A stretch of 64,000 bases of DNA, from contig CAXXDN010000002.1 in the NCBI GenBank assembly GCA_963667465.2, positions 1,472,001 to 1,536,000 of the forward strand, read 5' to 3'. The notes under the pieces are model-generated. The model was given only the letters and a program-made list of their open reading frames with translations, searched no databases and had not been told where the DNA came from. Made by a program: the position numbers and the translations under genes. Origin of the DNA: Dehalococcoidia bacterium. Its GTDB lineage: Bacteria; Chloroflexota; Dehalococcoidia; UBA2979. Each line of letters starts with the position of its first letter. The first letter of the stretch is position 1. Positions 8,496-16,717 of the stretch are shown here, piece by piece.

Positions 8496-8939
8496 GTGAG
8501 CTGCGAGCCCGAAATCGCCCAGGCCGTACGCGAACGAGGCCGCAGGCTCACCATCCAGCGCGCCAAGATCCTCAGCGCCCTGCGCCACGCCAGCGACCAC
8601 CAGAGCGCCGAACAGATCCTCGAGCGCGTCCGCGACAACGACCCCCACGCCGACATCTCGCTCTCCACCGTCTACCGCACCCTCGAGACCTCCACGGACC
8701 TGCACCTCACCTCCGAGCTGCGCGGCGCCTCCGGCATCTCCGTCTATGAGTGGAACGACCCGGACACCACGCACCACCACCTCGAGTGCCGCGGCTGCGG
8801 CGCCACCGAGGAGGTCGACCTCTCCTCGCTCCAGATCGCGGAGGCGGAGATCCGCGAGCGCGCGGGCTTCACGGCCGACATCCGCCACCTGGCGATCCCC
8901 GGGCGCTGCGCGGACTGCGGCCCGGACGCCGCGGGCTAG
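8496..8939 (+). CDS. Fur-family metalloregulator (Nur/Zur-like)
   Basis: RLTIQRAKIL, H-SAEQI, ISLSTVYRTL, HHHLECRGCG, C-terminal CxxC; GTG after GGAGG. Confidence 0.92.
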   Translation: MSCEPEIAQAVRERGRRLTIQRAKILSALRHASDHQSAEQILERVRDNDPHADISLSTVYRTLETSTDLHLTSELRGASGISVYEWNDPDTTHHHLECRGCGATEEVDLSSLQIAEAEIRERAGFTADIRHLAIPGRCADCGPDAAG

Positions 8940-8954
8940 CGAGGGACGCGCGCG

Positions 8955-9653
8955 ATGGCAGCCGCAGACCCGCTGGGCGCAATCGCGACGACTGCGCAGC
9001 CCGCGCTGCACATCCCGGACGGCTTCGTCAGCGCGCCGGTCGCCGCCGTCGGCTGGGTCGCCGCCGCGGGTCTGATCGCCTTCGCGGCGCGGAAGGCGGA
9101 CCGCAACCTGGAGGAGCGCGCGATCCCGCTGATGGGCGTCAGCGCCGCCTTCATCTTCGCCGCGCAGATGGTCAACTTCCCCGTCGCGGGCGGCACCTCG
9201 GGGCACCTGCTCGGCGGGGCGCTCGCCGCGATCCTGCTCGGGCCATGGGCGGCGATCATCGTGATGACCGCGGTGGTCGCATTGCAGGCGCTGCTCTTCC
9301 AGGACGGCGGGCTGGCCGCGCTCGGTGTGAACACGCTCAACATCGCCGTGCTCACCGTGCTCGTGAGCTGGGCCGTCTACCGAGGGCTCTCGCCGCTCGG
9401 CAGGCTGCACCCGGTGCTGCCCGCCGTCGCCGCCTTCGCCGCGGCCTGGCTCTCCGTTGAGGCGGCAGCGATCGCGACCGCGCTGCAGCTTGCCGTCTCC
9501 GGCACCTCGTCCCTCGAGGTCGCGCTGCCCGCGCTGGTCGGCGTGCACGCGCTGATCGGCATCGGCGAGGGCGCGATCACGCTCGGCGCGCTCGCCCTCG
9601 TGCGCACGGCAAGGCCGGACCTGCTCTCGAGGCCTGCCCGGGTGGGGGTGTAA
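8955..9653 (+). CDS. cbiM: ECF Co/Ni transporter substrate-binding component CbiM/NikM
   Basis: HIPDGF, FIFAAQMVNFPV, GTSGHLLGG, QALLFQDGG, HALIGIGEG. Confidence 0.93.
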   Translation: MAAADPLGAIATTAQPALHIPDGFVSAPVAAVGWVAAAGLIAFAARKADRNLEERAIPLMGVSAAFIFAAQMVNFPVAGGTSGHLLGGALAAILLGPWAAIIVMTAVVALQALLFQDGGLAALGVNTLNIAVLTVLVSWAVYRGLSPLGRLHPVLPAVAAFAAAWLSVEAAAIATALQLAVSGTSSLEVALPALVGVHALIGIGEGAITLGALALVRTARPDLLSRPARVGV

Positions 9654-9655
9654 CG

Positions 9656-9988
9656 ATGCGCCGCCGCAACCTCGCGCTGCTCGCGGGTGGACTCGCGGTC
9701 GCGCTGCTTGTCGTGTTCGCGCTCGCCCCGAACGCCTCGGCCCAGCCGGATGGCCTCGAGCGTGTCGCCGCGGACCAGGGCTTCGCCGACCGCGCGCAAG
9801 ACGCGCCGCACTCGCTGCTGCCCGACTACACGGTTCCCGGCGTCGAGGACGAGACACGCTCGACAATCTTCGCGGGGGTGATCGGGGTGGCCGTGGTCGC
9901 CACGGTCGCGCTGCTGGCCGGCTGGGCCCTGCGCACGCGCTCGTCCCGCCGCGAGGCACGCGACAGCACCCCGATCGGGCCGCCCTAG
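9656..9988 (+). CDS. PDGLE-domain ECF accessory membrane protein (NikN-like)
   Basis: ASAQPDGLERVA and PDY motifs, two TM helices. Confidence 0.9.
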   Translation: MRRRNLALLAGGLAVALLVVFALAPNASAQPDGLERVAADQGFADRAQDAPHSLLPDYTVPGVEDETRSTIFAGVIGVAVVATVALLAGWALRTRSSRREARDSTPIGPP

Positions 9989-10013
9989 CGCGCCGGGCGG
10001 CGGATTCGTCGGC

Positions 10014-10802
10014 ATGGCCCTGCACGCGCTCGTCGAGCGCTACGAGGCGCGCGAGAGCGCCATCCACCGCTGCGACGCGCGGCTCAAGCTGATCGCCGCG
10101 CTCGCCTGCATCTTCGCCGTCACGCTGACCCGCGAGGGCGATGCGATCGCTCTCGCGCTGCTCGCCCTGCCGGCTGCGGCGATTGTCGCTGCGGCGAAGC
10201 TGCCGCCGCTGCTCGTGCTGCGGCGCTCGCTGATCGCCGCGCCGTTCCTGCTCGTCGCCGTGCCGCTGCTCTTCACCCGCTCCGGCGAGACGATCGCGAC
10301 GCTGCCGCTGCTCGGTTGGACGGTCAGCGACGAAGGCCTCATGGCGGTGCTCACGATCCTCGGCAAGTCGTGGCTCTCGGTGGTGATCGCGGTCGTGCTG
10401 ACGGCGACCACGCAGCAGCCGGACCTGCTGCGCGCCCTGCGGACGCTGCGCGTCCCGAAGCTTCTCGTCGCGACGGTCGAGTTCGCCTACCGCTACCTCT
10501 TCGTGGTCGGCGACGAGGCGTCGCGGATGCTGCAGGCGCGCGCCAGCCGCAGCGGCGCCCTCGAGGGCCAACGACCGGGCGGCGGGCTGCGCTGGCGGGC
10601 GCGGGTCGCGGGCCACCTTGTGGGGACGTTGTTCGTGCGCTCGCTGGAGCGCAGCGAGCGGGTACACGGCGCGATGCGCGCGCGCGGCTACGACGGCGAG
10701 CCGCGCTTCCTCGCCGCGCCTCCGTTGCACTTCGCCGGCGTCGTCGCGGCCGTGGCGCTCGCGCTCTACGGCTACGCCGTGCAGGTCGCGGTGCGGCTAT
10801 GA
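10014..10802 (+). CDS. cbiQ: ECF transporter transmembrane component CbiQ
   Basis: IHRCDARLKL, YRYLFV, ARASR, GTLFVRSLERSERVHGAMRARGYDG. Confidence 0.93.
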   Translation: MALHALVERYEARESAIHRCDARLKLIAALACIFAVTLTREGDAIALALLALPAAAIVAAAKLPPLLVLRRSLIAAPFLLVAVPLLFTRSGETIATLPLLGWTVSDEGLMAVLTILGKSWLSVVIAVVLTATTQQPDLLRALRTLRVPKLLVATVEFAYRYLFVVGDEASRMLQARASRSGALEGQRPGGGLRWRARVAGHLVGTLFVRSLERSERVHGAMRARGYDGEPRFLAAPPLHFAGVVAAVALALYGYAVQVAVRL

Positions 10803-11548
10803 CAGCCGCGCAGCCACCCGCGGTGGCCGACCTCGCGCTGCGCGGCGTGCGCTACGTCTACCCCGACGGCACGCCCGGCCTCGACGGTATCGACCTCGAG
10901 ATCGCGGCCGGCGAGCGGGTGGCGCTGCTCGGGCCGAACGGCGCGGGGAAGTCGACGCTGCTCTTGCAGCTCAACGGGCTGCTGCGGGGCGAAGGCGCGA
11001 TCGAGGTGCGCGGGCGGCTGCTGGAGGACTCGAGCCTCGCCGCGATCCGCGCGCAGGTCGGGCTGCTCTTCTCAAACCCGGACGACCAGCTCTTCTCGCC
11101 GACCGTGCTCGACGACGTCTCCTACGGGCCGCTGCACCAGGGGCTGGTCGAGAACGAGGTGCTGCGACGGGCGCAGGCCGCCCTCGCCGAGGTGGGGATG
11201 AGCGGCTACGAGGCGCGTACCCCGCACCGCCTCAGCCTCGGCGAGAAGAAGCGGATCGCGATCGCCACGGTGCTTTCGATGCGGCCTGCCATCCTCGCGC
11301 TCGACGAGCCCACCGCCTCGCTCGCGCCGGGCGCCCGCGCGGAGCTGATCGCGCTGCTGCGCGCCCTGCCGCAGACGCAGCTGCTGGCGACGCACGACCT
11401 CGGCCTCGCCCGCGAGCTCGCGACGCGCGCCCTGGTGCTCGACGGCGGGCACATCGTCGCCGACGGGCCGACGGCCGAGATCCTCGGCGATCCAACGCTG
11501 CTGCACGCGCACGGCCTGGCGACGGACGGCGTGCCGTCCGAGGCGTGA
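10799..11548 (+). CDS. cbiO: ECF transporter ATPase CbiO
   Basis: GPNGAGKST Walker A, NPDDQLF, LSLGEKKR, LDEPT; ATGA overlap with cbiQ stop. Confidence 0.93.
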   Translation: MTAAQPPAVADLALRGVRYVYPDGTPGLDGIDLEIAAGERVALLGPNGAGKSTLLLQLNGLLRGEGAIEVRGRLLEDSSLAAIRAQVGLLFSNPDDQLFSPTVLDDVSYGPLHQGLVENEVLRRAQAALAEVGMSGYEARTPHRLSLGEKKRIAIATVLSMRPAILALDEPTASLAPGARAELIALLRALPQTQLLATHDLGLARELATRALVLDGGHIVADGPTAEILGDPTLLHAHGLATDGVPSEA

Positions 11549-11558
11549 CGGGCGGCGC

Positions 11559-11807
11559 TCAGGCGCTCCCGGTGTTCGCCCGTCCGCCGCGGCTGCCGAA
11601 GTAGAAGCCGGTGACCGTCCCCGCCTCGAGCGCGAGCGCGCCAAGCAGCCCGATCGCCGCCTCGATGCGTCCGATCTGGAGCAGCCAGGCGGCCGCCGCC
11701 GCGTGCGTCACCGCGAACGACCCGACAATGCCCATCGCCAGGTAGGCGCGCACGCTGCCCGCCGGTTTCCCCAGCGGCGCCTGCCCGCTCACGTCCGTCA
11801 CCGCCAT
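11559..11807 (-). CDS. Small 2-TM membrane protein (PLGxPxGSVRA ... GFYFGSR)
   Basis: Hydrophobic 82-aa ORF with conserved-looking motifs; ATG at 11807 after AAGGGA. Confidence 0.65.
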   Translation of the reverse strand: MAVTDVSGQAPLGKPAGSVRAYLAMGIVGSFAVTHAAAAAWLLQIGRIEAAIGLLGALALEAGTVTGFYFGSRGGRANTGSA

Positions 11808-11950
11808 CCCGCACCGTCCCTTCGCGCCTCGCCACTTGCGAGGGCGCACAGCGTGACGGCGCGCGCTCGCGCCTCCAACGCCCGGATGGCGCTGGGTGGC
11901 CGGTGGTTGGCGAGTGGACAGGCCGCCGTGGAGGCGGGTTCAATGCGATC

Positions 11951-12025
11951 GGGCCCGTAGCTCAGCGGTAGAGCAGTGGACTTTTAATCCATCGGTCGGA
12001 GGTTCGATCCCTCCCGGGCCTACCA
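11951..12025 (+). tRNA. tRNA-Lys (anticodon UUU)
   Basis: GGGCCCG acceptor stem, TAGCTCAGCGGTAGAGC D-arm, GTGGA-CTTTTAA-TCCAT anticodon arm, GGTTCGATCC T-loop, encoded CCA. Confidence 0.97.
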
Positions 12026-12046
12026 ACGGTGAATCAGGCCGCCTCG

Positions 12047-12910
12047 CTACCCCGCGGCGGACCCGCCCGGGGACCAGCCGTAGATGCGCTCCAGGCTGCC
12101 GCCCATCAGCGCCGCGCGCTCGCTGTCGGAGAGCTGGTCAGTGACCCGGAACGCCTCGACGCCCTGCCCGTAGGTGAGCAGGTTGACGGCTCGCGTCCAG
12201 TCGGTCCCCCACAGGCAGCGATCGAACCCGAACGCCTCGAAGACCCGGCTCAGCGGCTCCCAGATGTCGGGGTACGGGAACGGCTCGTGCGCCAGCGTGC
12301 AGGCGCCGGACACCTTGATCGCGACGTGGTCGAACTCGGCCAGCGTCAGCACCTCGTCGAGCTCGGCCCATGGCTCGTCGGGCGGTGGCGGGTGGTGCGG
12401 CTGCGTCAGGCCGAGGTGGTCGATGACGAGCTGCGTGTTCGGGTGCCGCCGCGCGATTTCGCGGAAGAGCGGCACCTTGCTGGTGCACAGCACGTTGACG
12501 GGGATGTCCGCCGCCGCGCCGGCCTCCATCACCTGATCGAGACCGGGGTGGTCGGCCTCGATCTCCACATACCTGAGCACGATCCGGGCGCCGACCACGC
12601 CGGGGTTGGCCGTCCACTCCTCGACCTCCGCCCCGACCGTCTCCGAGAGGGGGTCGAACGGCCTGATCAGCCCGAAGCGGTCCGGATACCTGGCTCCCAT
12701 CGCCAGCGCGTAGCTGCCGTCGTAGCCGTAGATGCGGTAGGGCGAGATCAGCAGGGCGCCGTCGACGCCCACCTCGTCCATCGCTTCGACCATCTGCTCG
12801 CCGGTGACCTCCTCGGGCCCCGTCAGCTCGCCAACCCAGGGGTTCTCCGGGCTGTTGCGCTCGTAGGCATGCACCTGGCAGTCGATGATCGGTGTGCTGT
12901 CGTTCGGCAT
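12047..12910 (-). CDS. Amidohydrolase_2 family protein
   Basis: IIDCQVHAY, VIDHLG, IKVSG, RCLWGTDW. Confidence 0.9.
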   Translation of the reverse strand: MPNDSTPIIDCQVHAYERNSPENPWVGELTGPEEVTGEQMVEAMDEVGVDGALLISPYRIYGYDGSYALAMGARYPDRFGLIRPFDPLSETVGAEVEEWTANPGVVGARIVLRYVEIEADHPGLDQVMEAGAAADIPVNVLCTSKVPLFREIARRHPNTQLVIDHLGLTQPHHPPPPDEPWAELDEVLTLAEFDHVAIKVSGACTLAHEPFPYPDIWEPLSRVFEAFGFDRCLWGTDWTRAVNLLTYGQGVEAFRVTDQLSDSERAALMGGSLERIYGWSPGGSAAG

Positions 12911-13014
12911 GGCAGGTCGGCCTCGTTTCCTCGCGCGCCTACGGTACTGCGCCGGCGCTGCCGTGTGCACGGGCGCGCCGCCGCAGGGGCTACAGTGGCG
13001 CCGGGAGGTGCCGC

Positions 13015-13830
13015 ATGGCGTTTCAGATGGACCCTGAGCAGCTTGGACTCGTCGACCAGGTGGCGCTCGTCACCGGAGGCGCGCGCGGCATCGGCAAGGG
13101 CTGCGCACTCCAGCTCGCCCGCGCCGGCTGCCACATCGCCATCGCCGACCTCGACGAGGAGACTGCCTCGGCCACAGCTCGCGAGATCGAGGCGCTCGGC
13201 CGCCAGGCCGAGGTCGTCATCGCCAACGTGCGCGAGGAGGACCAGGTCAGCGCGATGGTCGAGGAGGTCGTCGCGCGCCTCGGCGGGCTCGACGTGGCGG
13301 TCAACAACGTCGGCAACCCGACGGGGCTGCGGCCGTTCCTCGACTACTCGACCGAGCTCTGGCACGACATCGTCGATCAGAACCTGACGAGCTCCTACCT
13401 CTGCTCCCAGGCCGAGGCGAGAAGCATGGTCGAGCGGGGGATCGCGGGCCGCATCGTCACCATCGCGTCCTCGAGCGGGATCGTCGGCGCGCCCAACATC
13501 GTCGCCTACGGGGCGGCGAAGGCGGGCGTGATCCACATGACGAAGACGCTCGCGATGGAGCTCGCCCCGCACGGAATCCGCGTCAACTGCATCGTGCCCG
13601 GCACGCACCTGACGGAGAAGGCAGCGGCGAACACCGACCCGGCGACGGTCGCCTTCCGCGAGGCCGCCGCGAAGGCGCCGCCGCTCGCCCGCCTCGGCGA
13701 CCCGCTGGAGACGGGAGGCCTCGCGGTCTTCTTCGCCTCGCGGCTCTCCGCGTACGTGACCGGGCACAGCCTGCTCTCCGACGGCGGCGTCACGCACACG
13801 ACGGCGCGGCCGGCGGTGCCGCCGGGGTAG
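13015..13830 (+). CDS. Short-chain dehydrogenase/reductase
   Basis: TGGARGIG, VNNVG, YGAAK, IRVNCIVPG. Confidence 0.93.
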   Translation: MAFQMDPEQLGLVDQVALVTGGARGIGKGCALQLARAGCHIAIADLDEETASATAREIEALGRQAEVVIANVREEDQVSAMVEEVVARLGGLDVAVNNVGNPTGLRPFLDYSTELWHDIVDQNLTSSYLCSQAEARSMVERGIAGRIVTIASSSGIVGAPNIVAYGAAKAGVIHMTKTLAMELAPHGIRVNCIVPGTHLTEKAAANTDPATVAFREAAAKAPPLARLGDPLETGGLAVFFASRLSAYVTGHSLLSDGGVTHTTARPAVPPG

Positions 13831-13871
13831 CGCGCGGCGCTCAGGACGGGCAGCGAGGAGAGGAGCACGCA

Positions 13872-14783
13872 GTGGCGCAAGAACTGGAGGGCCGCGTCGC
13901 CCTGATTACGGGGGCGAGCCGGGGCATCGGACAGGCGATCGCGGTGCGCATGGCCGCCGAGGGCGCGCGCGTCGCCCTGATCGGCCGCGACGAGGCGACG
14001 CGGCGCACGGACCTCTCCGGCACGCTCGACGAGGGCCTCGCGCTCATCGCCGGGATCGGCGGCGAGGCGATCGCCGTGCGAGCGGACATCGCCGACACGG
14101 AGGCGGACAAGGGCGCGGTCGTCGAGGAGGTCGTGGCGGCCTTCGGGCGCTCGCCGGACATCCTCGTGCACAGCGCGGCCGCACCGCGCGAGTTCCGGAT
14201 GGACTGGCACATCCCGTTCGCCGAGACCGAGGCGGAGTGGTTCATGCGCGGCGTGCTGGTCAACGTCTGGGGCGGCTGGGATCTGGCGAAGGCCGTCATC
14301 CCCGGCATGCGCGAGCACGGCGAGGGCTGGCTCCTCTTCGTCTCCTCGCAGCAGGCGGCGCCCCGCCCGACCCCCGTCGGCGGCGGCCCGGCCAGCCCGA
14401 TGGGTGGCTCCTGCATCTACGGCGGCACGAAGGCGTTCCTCGACCGCGTCACTACTGGCGCGGCGATGGAGCTCTACGCGGACGGCATCGCCGTCAACAG
14501 CCTCGCCCCAACCGGCGCGATCGCCACGCCGCTCTCGGTCTCCGTCGGCGTGCCGCCGGAGGGCACGGAGCCGATGGAGACGTTCGTCGAGGCCTCGCTG
14601 GCGCTCTGCACCGGCGACCCGGCGACACTGACGAGCCGCATCGTCAACACCCTGCCGCTGCTGCACGAGTTGCAGCGGCCGGTCCGCACGCTCGACGGCT
14701 CAGCGCTGTTCGAGGGTTGGCAACCCGACCACGAGGACGAGCGCCGCTTCCACCGCAACTACCTCACGGCGACCGGCCACTGA
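13872..14783 (+). CDS. Short-chain dehydrogenase/reductase
   Basis: TGASRGIG, YGGTK, IAVNSLAP. Confidence 0.9.
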   Translation: MAQELEGRVALITGASRGIGQAIAVRMAAEGARVALIGRDEATRRTDLSGTLDEGLALIAGIGGEAIAVRADIADTEADKGAVVEEVVAAFGRSPDILVHSAAAPREFRMDWHIPFAETEAEWFMRGVLVNVWGGWDLAKAVIPGMREHGEGWLLFVSSQQAAPRPTPVGGGPASPMGGSCIYGGTKAFLDRVTTGAAMELYADGIAVNSLAPTGAIATPLSVSVGVPPEGTEPMETFVEASLALCTGDPATLTSRIVNTLPLLHELQRPVRTLDGSALFEGWQPDHEDERRFHRNYLTATGH

Positions 14784-14799
14784 GGAACGGGCCGAGGGC

Positions 14800-16137
14800 C
14801 TAGTCGGGGCTTGCGCCCCAGACGATGAAGTCGGCGTGGTAGAGCGGCAGCGGGCCGCCGGAGACTCCGATCTCGGCCGGCTTGCTGATCTGCCGGTCGC
14901 CGGCGCGCCCCTGGATCTGCTGGATCGAGTCGGTGTGCATCCAGAAGCGGGTGCGCCCGCTGCCGACGTTGCCGCCGCTGGGCGAGACGGGGTGCGGGCC
15001 CTCGATACTGATGTCCTCCTGGAAGAGGTCGAGGCCCTCGCCCTCCTTCACGCCGGCGAAACCGAGGCCCTCCATGTGGAAGACGTGGAAAAGGCTGAAC
15101 CCGTCGTACATGTTCTCGAAGCTCAGGTCGCTCGCGCTGATCCCGGCGCCTTCGAGGAGCTTGCGCCCGGTGCTCGCGCAGGACCGCTGTGCCTCCTCGA
15201 GGGGCTGGTTGAGCCCGCGCTGGATCGTGCGGTCGGCGGCGTGGTTGAGGATGTAGGCGGGCTTCTGCTTCATGTCCTTCGCGCGCTCGGCCGTGGTGAT
15301 GACATACGCCGCCGCAGTGTGGATCGGAATGTCGTTGTCGAAGAGGTTGGCCGGCTTGGCGATCCAGCGCGACTCCTGGTAGTCCTCGGGGGTGAGCTCC
15401 TCGGGACGGTGCTGGTACCAGTAGCCCTCGGGGAACATCAGGCCGTTGCGCCGGGAGTTCACCATGAAGGGCGTCATCATCTCCTTGGTCTTGCCGTACT
15501 TCCAGAGGTAGCGCTGGAACTGCTGGGCCGTGCCCCAGGAGTTCGCTGAACCGTAGGGGTTCGACCACTTCTGGTTTCCGGAGATCGTCTCCTCGGCATT
15601 TGCGCCACCGTGGCTGTAGCGGCCCTCGAGATTGTGCCAGGCCTTCAGCACCAGGCAGGTACCGGTCATCCCGTCGCCGACGGCCTGCGCGGCGATCGCG
15701 ATCGCGTTGGACATGCAGTCCATCCCCGCCATGACGAACTTGACGTTCGTCAGCTCCGGCATGTTCTTGAGCAGCCACGTGTCGGTGAGCTTGGCGATGC
15801 CATCGAGAGGATCGTCGGTGGTCTCGTAGGCGTTGACGACGTCCATCGGGATCGGCCGGTCAGCGGGCCAGTGCGCGCCGGTCGTGGTCGTCGGCAGGAA
15901 GACGAGCCCGTCGATCTCCTCCGGCGGCACGCCGGCGTCATCGATCGCCTTGCGTAGCGCCAGCAGGCTCCAGGCGCCGATCGTGTTCTCGGCAGTGCCA
16001 TCCCAGCGGCGTGCCGTCGGCGAGTGGCCGATGCCGACCGCCGCAACCTTGCCCTTGTGCTCCCAGACCCCCAGCCCCTCCTGGCTGCGGAAGATCGATT
16101 CGGGCGCGTTGCTGCCAAGACGGTTGGGCGTGGGCAT
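14800..16137 (-). CDS. Thiolase-fold protein (SCP2/Ltp2-like, non-canonical)
   Basis: VAAVGIGHS, KAIDDAG..EEIDG, AYVITTAERAKDM, MYDGFS, PVSPSGG; ATG at 16137. Confidence 0.82.
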   Translation of the reverse strand: MPTPNRLGSNAPESIFRSQEGLGVWEHKGKVAAVGIGHSPTARRWDGTAENTIGAWSLLALRKAIDDAGVPPEEIDGLVFLPTTTTGAHWPADRPIPMDVVNAYETTDDPLDGIAKLTDTWLLKNMPELTNVKFVMAGMDCMSNAIAIAAQAVGDGMTGTCLVLKAWHNLEGRYSHGGANAEETISGNQKWSNPYGSANSWGTAQQFQRYLWKYGKTKEMMTPFMVNSRRNGLMFPEGYWYQHRPEELTPEDYQESRWIAKPANLFDNDIPIHTAAAYVITTAERAKDMKQKPAYILNHAADRTIQRGLNQPLEEAQRSCASTGRKLLEGAGISASDLSFENMYDGFSLFHVFHMEGLGFAGVKEGEGLDLFQEDISIEGPHPVSPSGGNVGSGRTRFWMHTDSIQQIQGRAGDRQISKPAEIGVSGGPLPLYHADFIVWGASPD

Positions 16138-16181
16138 CGGCGATTCCTTTCGGGCTGTGCCGCGTCGCTTCGGGCGGGTTG

Positions 16182-16595
16182 TTACTCGGCCAGCTCCCAC
16201 TCGGGGACCTTCTGGCCTGTGGCATGCGTCTCCTCGAAGGTCACCGTAACCGCGGCCCCGATCTCGACCTCGTCGAGCGGGATGCCGGGGAGGTTGGACA
16301 CCAGCGTGATCTCGGGATCCTCCTCCAGCTCGATCACGGCGAGGTTGAACGGCTGATCCGGGATGCGCAGCGCAACGGTGTTGTCGTAGACCACGCTGTA
16401 GCTGTGGATCCGGCCGCGGCCGCTCAGCTCGCGCCACTCAAGGTCGTCGGCGGAGCCGCAGCCGAAACACTCCGGCTCCGGGGGATGCTGCAGCCTGTCG
16501 CACGAGGTGCAGTTCTGGATCACGAACCGCCCCTCGTTACAGGCGTCCCAGAAGGGCTGGTCGAGTTCGTCCGGTACGGGAGACTGTTTCGGCAT
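16182..16595 (-). CDS. DUF35 rubredoxin-like Zn-ribbon/OB-fold protein
   Basis: PFWDA, IQNCTSC...HPP..CFGCGS, SGRGRIHSYSVV, ELEE; adjacent to thiolase-like gene. Confidence 0.92.
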   Translation of the reverse strand: MPKQSPVPDELDQPFWDACNEGRFVIQNCTSCDRLQHPPEPECFGCGSADDLEWRELSGRGRIHSYSVVYDNTVALRIPDQPFNLAVIELEEDPEITLVSNLPGIPLDEVEIGAAVTVTFEETHATGQKVPEWELAE

Positions 16596-16687
16596 CCTCG
16601 CTCCTCGCGCTGCGGTGAGTTGCTGAGTGATCTCTAGAGTCCATCGCGACAGGGGTCAACTGCACAGCGCCGCGGATATTGTTGCGT

Positions 16688-16701
16688 TAGTCACCTGACT
16701 A
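16688..16701. promoter_or_regulatory. Perfect inverted repeat TAGTCA-CC-TGACTA, candidate operator
   Basis: AT-rich palindrome in the divergent spacer immediately before the yeeE-like start. Confidence 0.5.
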
Positions 16702-16717
16702 TGTGAACATTTCGCCC

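Noticed and set aside
11951-12025. tRNA-Lys as an integration site of a genomic island
   Set aside because: No integrase and no duplicate of the tRNA 3' end noticed in the window
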